In this document: positions 19,262 through 28,500 of the stretch, one piece after another
Layout: every line of letters starts with the position of its first letter
Position numbering within the stretch: the first letter of the stretch is position 1
Assembly (NCBI GenBank): GCA_024277025.1
Contig: JAJRWA010000048.1
Span: forward strand, 29,653 to 93,652
Direction of reading: 5' to 3'
DNA length: 64,000 nucleotides
DNA from: Candidatus Krumholzibacteriota bacterium
GTDB taxonomy: Bacteria > Krumholzibacteriota > Krumholzibacteriia > LZORAL124-64-63
Notes under the pieces: model-generated
The model's database searches: none
Told to the model about the DNA's origin: nothing
Seen by the model: only the letters and a program-made list of their open reading frames with translations
Translations under genes and position numbers: made by a program

Positions 19262-20706
19262 TAGAAACGATTCCACAGCATCTGGTTGGTCACCTCGTGG
19301 TGGAACATGATCTCCGCGCGCTTGATGCGGTCGCCCAACTCGTGGGGACAGCGATGAGCGCTCATTTTCTTCAGCTCCAGATACTTGCTGTGGGAGTCTT
19401 CGCCCAGCACTTCACGCACCCAGGAGCTGCGCCGGTAGCTGCCCATGGCGTCGTAGATGTTGCCGGGCAACAGGCGTTTGCGGATCCGCTTGGGCTTGGG
19501 CGCGTCGGCGGCCGGCAGGGGACCTTCCAGGCCGGTTCGCAGCAGGGCGTAGATCAGCAGATAGGGGTTGGAATCGGGGCCCACCGACCGCACTTCGATG
19601 CGCTGGCCTTTGCGGCCCGCCAGGGGGATGCGCACCATGCTGCTGCGGTCGGTCGCGCTGGCGGCGATCTCGTTGGGAGCTTCGTAGTTGGGGTCCAGGC
19701 GGCGGTAGGCGTTGACGCTGGCGTTCAGCAGCAGGCACATCTCCTCGGCCGAGTGCAGCAGCCGCTTGGTGAAATCCAGGCCGGTGGCGGACATGTGGTT
19801 CGGGCCGGCCTCGTCGTAGAACAGGTTCTCGCCGTTGCGGGCGAGGCTCATGTTGGTGTGCATCCCGCTGCCGTTGATCCCGGTCACGGGCTTGGGCAGG
19901 AAGCTGGCGGTCATATCCATGGAATGGGCGACCTGCCGGCAGAGCAGCTTGTAGAGCTGGATGCGGTCCGCGGCGATCAGGGCGCCGGCGTACTTGAAGT
20001 TCATTTCGAACTGGCTGGGGCCGACTTCCGGATGGTCCTTCTCGTTCTCGAAGCCCATGGCGCGCTGCACTTCGGCCGCCGAGTCGATGAACTGGCGCAG
20101 GCGCGACTGGGGCAGGCTGTTGTAGTAGCCGCCGGTGCTGACCAGATCGAAGTTGCCGGTCTTGTAGTAGTGGCGTTCGACGTCCCGGCCATTGAAGATG
20201 AAGCCTTCGATCTCGGCCGAGACGTTGGCCACCAGGCCGTCGTTCCGGTAGAGGTCACGGGTGTACTCCATCAGGCGGCCGCGAAAATCCGAGATGTAGG
20301 GTCGCCCCGCCTGGTCGAGGACCGAGGCGAAGACCAGCACCTTGCCCGGACCGAATACGTCCGAAGGCATCCAGTAGAAGGCCCGCCAGTCGATGCCCAG
20401 CCGCAGGTCGCTTTCGGCGATGCGCGTGAAACCCCGGATTGACGACCCGTCGAACGTGAGCTGATCGGTGCCCAGCAGGTATTTCTTGTCGTAGTCCAGC
20501 ATGTGCAGCCGGCCTTCGAGGTCCGAAAAGGCCACGGTAACGGCCTTGATCCGCTTCTCGCCCTCGAGGTATTCACGGCGTTCCTTCTCGACCTTGTCCA
20601 TGGGAGTCCAGTTCTCCTGGTGGGCCTTGGACTCGAGGTTCAGTTCTTCCAGGCGGTCGTAGGGAATCTCCAGGAACTCGCGCAACGGGGTATTGGTCGG
20701 ATGCAT
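19261..20706 (-). CDS. glnA: glutamine synthetase family protein (type uncertain, roughly 480 aa)
   Basis: GS catalytic-domain motifs PSQFEMNF, KPVTGINGSGMHTNMSL and NPYLL. An N-terminal beta-grasp-like region. Confidence 0.75.
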   Translation of the reverse strand: MHPTNTPLREFLEIPYDRLEELNLESKAHQENWTPMDKVEKERREYLEGEKRIKAVTVAFSDLEGRLHMLDYDKKYLLGTDQLTFDGSSIRGFTRIAESDLRLGIDWRAFYWMPSDVFGPGKVLVFASVLDQAGRPYISDFRGRLMEYTRDLYRNDGLVANVSAEIEGFIFNGRDVERHYYKTGNFDLVSTGGYYNSLPQSRLRQFIDSAAEVQRAMGFENEKDHPEVGPSQFEMNFKYAGALIAADRIQLYKLLCRQVAHSMDMTASFLPKPVTGINGSGMHTNMSLARNGENLFYDEAGPNHMSATGLDFTKRLLHSAEEMCLLLNASVNAYRRLDPNYEAPNEIAASATDRSSMVRIPLAGRKGQRIEVRSVGPDSNPYLLIYALLRTGLEGPLPAADAPKPKRIRKRLLPGNIYDAMGSYRRSSWVREVLGEDSHSKYLELKKMSAHRCPHELGDRIKRAEIMFHHEVTNQMLWNRF

Positions 20707-20937
20707 CGGGAGCCTCGCTTGGCAGGGTGGATGAGTCGTACTTGCGTCTATTATACAGTGTTTAAGACTATCGGCAAGTAAAATAAGCTAAAAGTGTTAA
20801 TATTGTGCGCAATGGACCCAGATGTTTCGTGTTGTGGCGCAAGAGGGATCACGCCGAACCCGAGTAGCCAGTTGTTTACGGCCCGGCCGGATGTCTCTAT
20901 GATCAAGTCCACACTGGAAGCGAAAGAGAGGCGCACC

Positions 20938-21507
20938 ATGCTCAAGCGGATACTCATGACAGCCTGGCTCTGCGGAGCGCTGATCACGGCGGCCGCCCTG
21001 GCCGGCGAACCAGCCCCCGACGTGGCGCAGGCCCGGGCGCTGGTGCAGGAATTCGGCACCGGCCTGAAGAGCAAACTGAAGACGGCCATGAAAGAGGGCG
21101 GGCCCCTGGCCGCGATCGAGGTCTGCCACCTTGAGGCGCCCCTGGTGGCCGCCGCTGTTGGTGCGGACACGGGCTGGGAGGTCGGCCGCACCAGCCTGAA
21201 GCTGCGCAATCCGGACAACGCCCCGGATGCCTGGGAGACCGCCGTGCTGAAAGCTTTCGCCGAGCGCCGGGCCGCCGGCGAGGACGGCAAGACACTGGAA
21301 TTCTTCGAAGTCGTGACGCAGGACGGGCAGTCGACACTGCGCTACATGAAGGCGATTCCCCTGGGCGGCGTGTGCCTGAAGTGCCATGGCCGACAAGTGA
21401 GTGCCGAAGTCAGGCAAAAAATCGGCGAGTACTATCCGGAGGACGCGGCCACGGGCTACGGGCCGGGAGAGATTCGCGGGGCGTTCACGCTGCGGAAGAA
21501 AATCTAG
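20938..21507 (+). CDS. secreted DUF3365 (Tll0287-like) c-type heme family protein
   Basis: The ORF was trimmed to MLKRILMTAWLCGALITAAALAG (ATG 20938). A C-terminal CLKCHG (CXXCH). The overall pattern matches DUF3365 proteins. Confidence 0.5.
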   Translation: MLKRILMTAWLCGALITAAALAGEPAPDVAQARALVQEFGTGLKSKLKTAMKEGGPLAAIEVCHLEAPLVAAAVGADTGWEVGRTSLKLRNPDNAPDAWETAVLKAFAERRAAGEDGKTLEFFEVVTQDGQSTLRYMKAIPLGGVCLKCHGRQVSAEVRQKIGEYYPEDAATGYGPGEIRGAFTLRKKI

Positions 21508-21549
21508 CGGGAGGGCCGACGCGGTCGGCCCTCCGCACGGTCGGCAGGA

Positions 21550-23595
21550 CTACCAGACCTTCACGCGCTCTTCGGGCGGCAGGTACATCTTGTCGCCCTC
21601 CTTCACGTCAAAGGTCTCGTAGAACTCGGGCATGTTGGCCAGGGTGCCCAGCACCCGGAACCGCGGCGGGCTGTGGGGGTCGGTGGCCACGCGGTTGCGC
21701 ATGGCCGCTTCCCGCGCCTTGGCGCGCCAGACCTGGCCGTAGCCCAGGAAGAAGCGCTGGTCGCCGGTCATGCCGTCGATCACCGGCGCTTCCTGGCCGT
21801 CCAGCGAGTTGTGGTAGGCTCGCCAGGCAATGGTCACGCCGGCCAGGTCGCCGATGTTCTCACCGAGCGTGAGCTCGCCGTTGATGTTCAGGTCTTCGAA
21901 CACCTTGTAGGAGGCGAACTGGGCCACCAGTTTCTCGGTGCGCTGCTTGAACTCGGCCAGATCATTCTCGGTCCACCAGTTGCGCAGGTTCCCGTCACCG
22001 TCGTAGCGCGAACCCTGGTCGTCGAAGCCGTGGCCCATCTCGTGGCCGATGACCGCCCCGATGGCCCCGTAGTTCACCGCGTCGTCGGCCGCGAGGTTGA
22101 AGAACGGCGGCTGCAGGATGGCGGCCGGAAAGACGATCTCGTTGCGCGTCGGGCTGTAGTAGGCGTTGACCGTTTGCGGCGTCATGCCCCATTCCCAGTC
22201 GCGGATCGGGCCGCCCAGTTTTTCGCGGCTTTGCTGCCACTGGAACGCGCTGGCCCGCATCAGGTTGCCCACCAGGTCGCCCGCGCGGATTTCCAGGTTG
22301 CTGTAATCCTTCCAGATATCCGGATAGCCGACCTTGGGCGTGAAACGGGCCAGCTTTTCCAGCGACGCCCGGCGCGTCTCGGGGCTCATCCACTCCAGGT
22401 TGGTGATGGCGTCGCCGTAGGCCCCGCGCAGGTTTTCCACCAACTGGACCATGCGCTCCTTGGCCTCGGGCGTGAAGTGTTTCTTGACGTAGACTTTGCC
22501 GATGACCTCGCCGAGGCTGCCGTTGACCGTGTCCACACCGCGCTTCCACCGCGGCTGCTGCTCGTCCTGCCCGTTGAGGGTCCGGCTGTAGAATGCGAAG
22601 TTCTGCCGCTCGAACTCGGGGCTCAGGTTGTCGGCGAACCGGTTCAGCAGATTCCATTTCAGGTAGGTCTTCCAGTCGGCCAGCGAGGTTGTGTTGAAGA
22701 TGGCGTTGAAGCCCTGGATGTAACTCGGCTGCGCGATGATCAGGTCCTGGACCTCGTCCAGCCCCGCTGCGTGCAGGTACGCGTCCCACTTCAGCCCGAG
22801 GCCCAGCTCACCCAGGTCGCTGACGGCATACTTGTTGTACCGTTTCTCGCTGTCGCGGTTGGCGACGTTGGTCCAGTGGTTCCTGGCCAGGCTCGTTTCC
22901 AGGGCCATCACCATGGCGGCCGATCCCGTCGGATCCGGCCAGCCGGCCAGGCTGAACATGCGGGTGATGTGGTCGACGTAGGCGGCCCGCAGGTCGAGCG
23001 AGCGGGGGTCATCCCGGAAGTAGTAGTCCCGATCCGGCAGACCGAGACCGGATTGCCACAGGTGCACCGCGTAACGCGTGGCGTCCTTGGCGTCGACGGT
23101 CACGAAGGCGGCGAAGGGGCCGCCCGCGCCGATCTCGCGCGAGTGGGCCAGGTAGGCTGACAGGTCGTGCTTGTCGAGCAGGGCGTCGATGGCGTCGAGC
23201 TCGGTCTTGAGCGGCGCGAGTCCGGCCTGCGCCACTGCAACCGTATCCATGAACGAGTTGTAGAGGTCGGCGACCTTCTGTTCATCACTGCCTGGCTGGA
23301 TGTCGGTCTGGGCGGCCAGATCCTGGATGATCACCAGCACATCCTGCCGGGCTTTCTCGCGCAGATCCCGGAAACCGCCGGCGCTGGTCTGGTCGGCCGG
23401 GATTTCGGTTTCCTTCAGCCAGGTGCCGTTGACGTACTCGAAGAAATCGTCCTGGGGCCGCACCGACTTGTCCATGTTGGACTGGTCGATACCGCTGACC
23501 AGGGTCTCGGTGCGGGTTGCACCGGAGTCGTTTGAGCCGCCGCTGCAGCCCGCCAGCAGGGCGACGCAGCACAGCAGCCAGAGTGTCTTTTCCAT
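21550..23595 (-). CDS. pepO: M13-family zinc metallopeptidase lipoprotein (neprilysin/PepO-like)
   Basis: Trimmed to MEKTLWLLCCVALLAGCSGG (lipobox). HEMGHGFDD zincin motif, the NAYY motif, and GENIGDLAG (ENIADxGG-like). Confidence 0.85.
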   Translation of the reverse strand: MEKTLWLLCCVALLAGCSGGSNDSGATRTETLVSGIDQSNMDKSVRPQDDFFEYVNGTWLKETEIPADQTSAGGFRDLREKARQDVLVIIQDLAAQTDIQPGSDEQKVADLYNSFMDTVAVAQAGLAPLKTELDAIDALLDKHDLSAYLAHSREIGAGGPFAAFVTVDAKDATRYAVHLWQSGLGLPDRDYYFRDDPRSLDLRAAYVDHITRMFSLAGWPDPTGSAAMVMALETSLARNHWTNVANRDSEKRYNKYAVSDLGELGLGLKWDAYLHAAGLDEVQDLIIAQPSYIQGFNAIFNTTSLADWKTYLKWNLLNRFADNLSPEFERQNFAFYSRTLNGQDEQQPRWKRGVDTVNGSLGEVIGKVYVKKHFTPEAKERMVQLVENLRGAYGDAITNLEWMSPETRRASLEKLARFTPKVGYPDIWKDYSNLEIRAGDLVGNLMRASAFQWQQSREKLGGPIRDWEWGMTPQTVNAYYSPTRNEIVFPAAILQPPFFNLAADDAVNYGAIGAVIGHEMGHGFDDQGSRYDGDGNLRNWWTENDLAEFKQRTEKLVAQFASYKVFEDLNINGELTLGENIGDLAGVTIAWRAYHNSLDGQEAPVIDGMTGDQRFFLGYGQVWRAKAREAAMRNRVATDPHSPPRFRVLGTLANMPEFYETFDVKEGDKMYLPPEERVKVW

Positions 23596-23759
23596 ACCAA
23601 ACCTCTTCGTTGTTCTGTAGTGTCGGACAAACCCGTTGTGGGGCAACGGGTTGAACAATATTGGGTCAAGGTGGGTCGGGTGGGATCTACCGCAGCCTTT
23701 TTCAAAAAGTAATGCGGATTCGTGCCGTGAATGTTGCCAAAAATCTGACCGGGGAGATT

Positions 23760-25565
23760 CTACTGCACCATCACCTGGAATTTCAGCGAAAAACTGCTGG
23801 GCCCGGAAATATCCCGGCCCAGAAAAATACCGCGGGGGCGGATGCGGATGTGCGTGACCGCTGGATCGTACCCCAGGGCGTCGGGCACCGGTCGGTAGCT
23901 GAAACTGGCGCCGCCGTCATTGGAGAAGGCGATCAGGCGCCGGCGCAGCCGCAGGCCACTGCTGACCGGGCCGTCGACGAACAGGACCGCCCCGGTCGTC
24001 GAGCCGGGGAATGTGTTCACGTACAGAGCCGTGTTGGCGGGCACCGGATTGATGACTTCGACCGTGTTGCGGTCGACCGTGCCGGCCCTGATGTTGCTGG
24101 TCGTCACCGTGCAAACCAGGGTCGCGCCGGGAATCGCCTTGGGGTTGGCCGCGCCGTTGATCGGGTCGGCCACCGTTTCGGTGAAACTGGCCGAGGTGAG
24201 TTCGGCGTCGGGCAGCACGACATTCAGGGCCATGGTGCCGGTATCATTGGCCGGATTGAAGTCGAAGGAACCGCCGCTGACGCTGACCAGCAGGTCGGGT
24301 GATCCGACGGCGCCGGGATCCGGCTGCACGGTGAATTCCAGGGGCAGGCTCTGGCCGGCCAGGACCGGCCCCGGTCGGCTCCAGGTGATGACAGGCAGGG
24401 CGCCGGTGTTCACGGTCCAGCCGCTGCCGGTCGTGCCGGTGTAGGCCAGGCCGGCGGGCAGGGTCACCGTCAGGCTGACCGGCAGGGGCTCGTCGCTGGG
24501 GCCGTTGTTGACCAGGGTCAGCGCGATCCGGCCGGGTTCCAATACGAACAGGGGATCGTCCGGGGCCGCGGTGAAGGCCAGGTCGGTCAGGGGCGTGTTG
24601 GTCACCGAAATGACTTCGGCCGACAGCAGCACCAGGTCCCGCCCCGAGCGGTAGACGGTCGTGGCCTGGATGTCGCCGGCGTTCAGGTAGGGCGTGACGT
24701 CGTAGATATCCAGATCCACGCCCCACTGGTCGCTCAGCCCGGCGGTGTTGACCGTGGAATTGAACTGGTTGTTGACCGGATTCAGGGGGTCCAGCAGGGC
24801 GTTGCCGTTGAAGGTCAGCCCCTCGGTATAGCCATTGAGGCTGCCGCTGTTCTCGGCGTCGCCTTCCCAGGTCAGGTGCCCCACCTTGCCGTTGATGTCG
24901 CTGGCGGCGATCTCGAAATCGGTGGCCGTCACGGCGATCTGGCCGCCGCGGTAGTACTGGAAGCCGTCGAAGATGTTGACCACGCGGTTCGATTCGTCCG
25001 GATGCTCGTAGACCACGATCAGCGACCAGCCGGCCAGCACCGCCTGCACGTTGCAGTGGGGCCAGGCCGTGTTGACGTCCAGATTGCCGAAAGTGTAGAG
25101 TCCGTTGCCCTTGGCTGCGACCAGGGCGGTCACGTCGGCCATGCCGCTGAAGAAATCGTAACGGCTGAAGCCCAGGCTGAAGACCTCGGTGAACTGGCGA
25201 TCGGCCGTGACCGCGGCCCCGTCGAGGGTCACGTCCCAGTCCGGCGTGCGTTGGGTCGACAGGAACTGATCGGACCAGGAGCCGGCCCAGTACAAGTAGG
25301 CGGCCCGGACCGTGGCGCCGGCCGGCAGGTCGGTCAAGGCCGCGGTGTCGTAGTTGTCCACGGCACAGGCGTCGGTCAGGTTCGAGCCGCGGCGCAGCGA
25401 GCCGGCGGTGCCGACGAAGTTCACGTGGCCGGCGTGGGTGGCGTGCAGGCTGATCGGCGTGCCGGCGCGGACGCTGCCGGGCAGCAGCAGCCAGCCGCTG
25501 AGCAGCAGCGGGATCAGGCCACGAAGGCGCCGGTAGTCCGGCTGATGTCTAGCGCAGCATCTCAT
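23760..25565 (-). CDS. secreted DUF11-domain surface protein with N-terminal MshQ/LamG-like beta-sandwich region
   Basis: Signal peptide. The N-terminal motif DACAVDNYDTAALTDLPAGATVRAAYLYWAGSW is reminiscent of MshQ/LamG-type proteins (from memory, low certainty). DUF11 repeat TLVNNGPSDEPLPVSLTVTLPAGLAY. The C-terminal about 60 aa (NPVPANTALYVN...AVTHIRIRP...FQVMVQ) are shared with three downstream paralogs. The gene overlaps the giant gene's stop by 17 nt. Confidence 0.5.
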   Translation of the reverse strand: MRCCARHQPDYRRLRGLIPLLLSGWLLLPGSVRAGTPISLHATHAGHVNFVGTAGSLRRGSNLTDACAVDNYDTAALTDLPAGATVRAAYLYWAGSWSDQFLSTQRTPDWDVTLDGAAVTADRQFTEVFSLGFSRYDFFSGMADVTALVAAKGNGLYTFGNLDVNTAWPHCNVQAVLAGWSLIVVYEHPDESNRVVNIFDGFQYYRGGQIAVTATDFEIAASDINGKVGHLTWEGDAENSGSLNGYTEGLTFNGNALLDPLNPVNNQFNSTVNTAGLSDQWGVDLDIYDVTPYLNAGDIQATTVYRSGRDLVLLSAEVISVTNTPLTDLAFTAAPDDPLFVLEPGRIALTLVNNGPSDEPLPVSLTVTLPAGLAYTGTTGSGWTVNTGALPVITWSRPGPVLAGQSLPLEFTVQPDPGAVGSPDLLVSVSGGSFDFNPANDTGTMALNVVLPDAELTSASFTETVADPINGAANPKAIPGATLVCTVTTSNIRAGTVDRNTVEVINPVPANTALYVNTFPGSTTGAVLFVDGPVSSGLRLRRRLIAFSNDGGASFSYRPVPDALGYDPAVTHIRIRPRGIFLGRDISGPSSFSLKFQVMVQ

Positions 25566-28500
25566 GGGTCGTTTCCTGGTTGAGCCGGACCCGGAACCGC
25601 AGATACGGTCCCTGGGCCGTGTAGTCCACCGCCGAGAAATCGCGGTCGCGATAACCGGTGAAGTTGTAGCCGAGACTGAGCCAGATATCCTCGAGCAGTT
25701 TGTAGCCGCCGCTCAGTCCGGCGCTGTAGTCGACGATGCCCGTGCGCCAGGCGTGCCGCCCGGCGGCGCGGGCGCCGATATCCCAGTGGCTGCCCAGGAA
25801 GTGACGCCACTCCAGGCCCAGCTGGTCGGTCGTGCTTTCGTAACGGCGGCCGGCGATCGTGTCGCGGCCATAGCGCACTCCGATCAGGGTGGAAAGCTGG
25901 TCCCGCTCGCCGAACATGCGCAGCAGGTTCAGGTTGTTCACCACGCGCCAGCTGGACAGGGCCGTCAGGTCGCCGGTCTGGTCCTCGGCCCGCCACGACA
26001 GGCGGTGCAGAATCGTCCATGGGTTATCATCCGGCCGCCACGACAGGCCGACGCTCACATCGGACAGATAGTGGTGCCCGGCCAGGCGGTAGTCCGTGCG
26101 CACCAGTCGCAAGCTGGCCAGCAGGCCGGTCTGCGTGCCTGGTTCGACGTGCACGCCGCCGCTCAGGCCCCATTTTTCGGACTCGGTGCTGGTGCGGTAT
26201 TCCAGGCGCTGGTCCACCAGCCACAGGCCGCCGCGGTAGGTGAAGCCGAAGGTGCCGGCGGTGAAGTCGCTGTCGATCGTCGGTGCGGCAACAGTCGAGT
26301 CTGACGGTGCGCCGCTGCTGCGGCCGTGGTCCAGTCCGCCGTCCAGATACCAGTGGTCGTTAAGGCGCAGGCTCTGCTTCAGGCCCAGATTGGCAAAGAC
26401 GCGGCGGTCGCTTTCGCGGCTGCGCCGCTCGGCCGAAGAAACCAGCCGCGCCCCGTGCCAGGGCACCGATTCGACGCCCAACCGGGTGCGGTGAGTGGCC
26501 GGCCCGCCGCCATCGACCAGTTCCTGGGCCAGAAACAGCTTCTGGTTGCGCACGACTTCGTACTCCAGGGCGGCTGTCGTGCGGGTCGGGAAGTCGGCAA
26601 TGTCATCCTGGCCGGCGATGGCCTGCTCGCGCCCCAGCCGGATGCGGCCGCGGCCCTCGAGCACTTTCACCGAGGCGTCGGCTGTCAATTGGCGGGCTTG
26701 CTGCAAGGTACCGTCGCTCTGCTCGTCGTTGGCTGCGCGCAGGCCCAGCCCGGCGGTGAACACACGGCTGTTGTGGTTCACCTTCATCTCGCCGAACTGG
26801 CGCTCGGCGGTGCTGACCAGATCGCGCTGGGCAAACACGGTGGCGTCCAGCCGCCAGGCTTCGTGGGGCTGCCAACGGGCGTCGGCGCCGTATTTGCGTG
26901 CACCCGACTCGCTGGCGTTCTGGTGGCCGAGGCCGAATCCGGCCTGTTGGTCGCGGTAGTACAGCCGGCCGATCAATGGCCCGGCGCGCTGGCTGAGTTC
27001 GCCGAACCAGGCATCCCGTCGGCCGGTGCCGCGAATATCGCTGCCGGCATACTCGGCCTTCAAGCGCAGCGACTGAGTCAAGTCCCAGCGGGTGTCCACA
27101 CCGGCCAGAACATCGGCCTGGCCACCCTGGGTGCCTTCCCGGATGCCGGTCACGCCGACCTCGACCGGGCCGGCGCCGGGTCGCCAGGAGCCGCGCCCGC
27201 CGACGGTGACTTCGGCGCTGCTGGCGGTCTCGGTCTCGTACTCGGCAATGATCCAGATCGGGTTGAAATTCTCGTCCTGGCTGGGGATCGGTTCCTTGAA
27301 GAACAGGGTGCCGTCCAGGTCGTCCAGGGTGTAGTCGACCGAGCGGGTCAGGTGCCGCTCGCTGATAATGATCTCGCTGCGATAGCGGTCCCGCACCTGC
27401 AGGATAATCTTCTCGGACTGGGGGATCAGCCGGCCCGCGGTCAGGCGGTACAGCCCAGAGGTGCCGTCGCCCCGGATCTCGTCCCGCCGGAAATTCTGCC
27501 GGTTCTCGCTGGCAAAGACGTCGAACCCCAGCTGCGCGCCTCGCCGACTGCTGCGCAGACCGGTCAGCGCCCGGTTGTAGCGCCCCAGTTCGGTCACCGT
27601 CAGGCCCGAGTTGAAATCGCCGTACAGGGCGTAGAACTGAGCCCGCTCGAGCCGGATGTACAGGTGGTCACTGGTCGGCGCGTCGTGCTTCTGGACCACC
27701 GCGTCGCCGTACACCGTGTAGTACGCGTCGGGGTCCACCACGCCGAACAGGCCCGGCACCGGCCGCCGTTCCGGGTCGGTGCTGTCGTAGGCCAAAGTCA
27801 GCAGCCACTTGCCTTTCAGGCGGCCCTTGGCAAAGAAGGCCAGGCGCCCGTCGGCATAGAAATCCTCGTTCCGGTCGGCAGCCGCCAGCTGTTCAAGATT
27901 GCCGCTGACCGTGTTGTAGCCCACGGTCCCGGACACGACCCCGGCCAGGATCCAGTCACGGGCCGCGGGCTGCAGCCAGGCCCGCAGTTCCTCTTCATGG
28001 TCGAGCAACCCCAGGTTGAGCACCGCTTCGCCCGAACTCGTGGTCGGAGCCAGGGTCAGCAGGGCCACGCCGTCGGGCCCGATGGTGTAGGTGGGGATCT
28101 TCTCCTGCAGCTCTGTGATGGTCTCGCGCTGGGCCTGGCCCTTCTCGCGCCAGGCTTCGTGCGGGGGCGCCACGGTGAACTTGCCGACCACCTCGCGGCG
28201 CGCCGGATAGCCCATCGAGTCGGTCAGGCGCACCGCAATGACGGGCTTCGTCTTGCCGTCGGCCACCAGCCGGGATCGTTCGGGCACCAGCTGGACAAAG
28301 ACCGGCGGACCGGAGTAGTGGATCCTGCGCTCCAGGTGGCGGACCAGCCTGCCGCGGGTATCGACGATGTCCACGGCCAGCAGGTTGTCGCCGTCGGTGA
28401 GGTCCAGTCCGGTCCAGGTGCTGACGGCGATCCGGCCGTCCGGCCCGACGATCCGGCCCGCGAAATTCAGGCGCCCGGCGGCCTTGCCGTTCAGGAACAG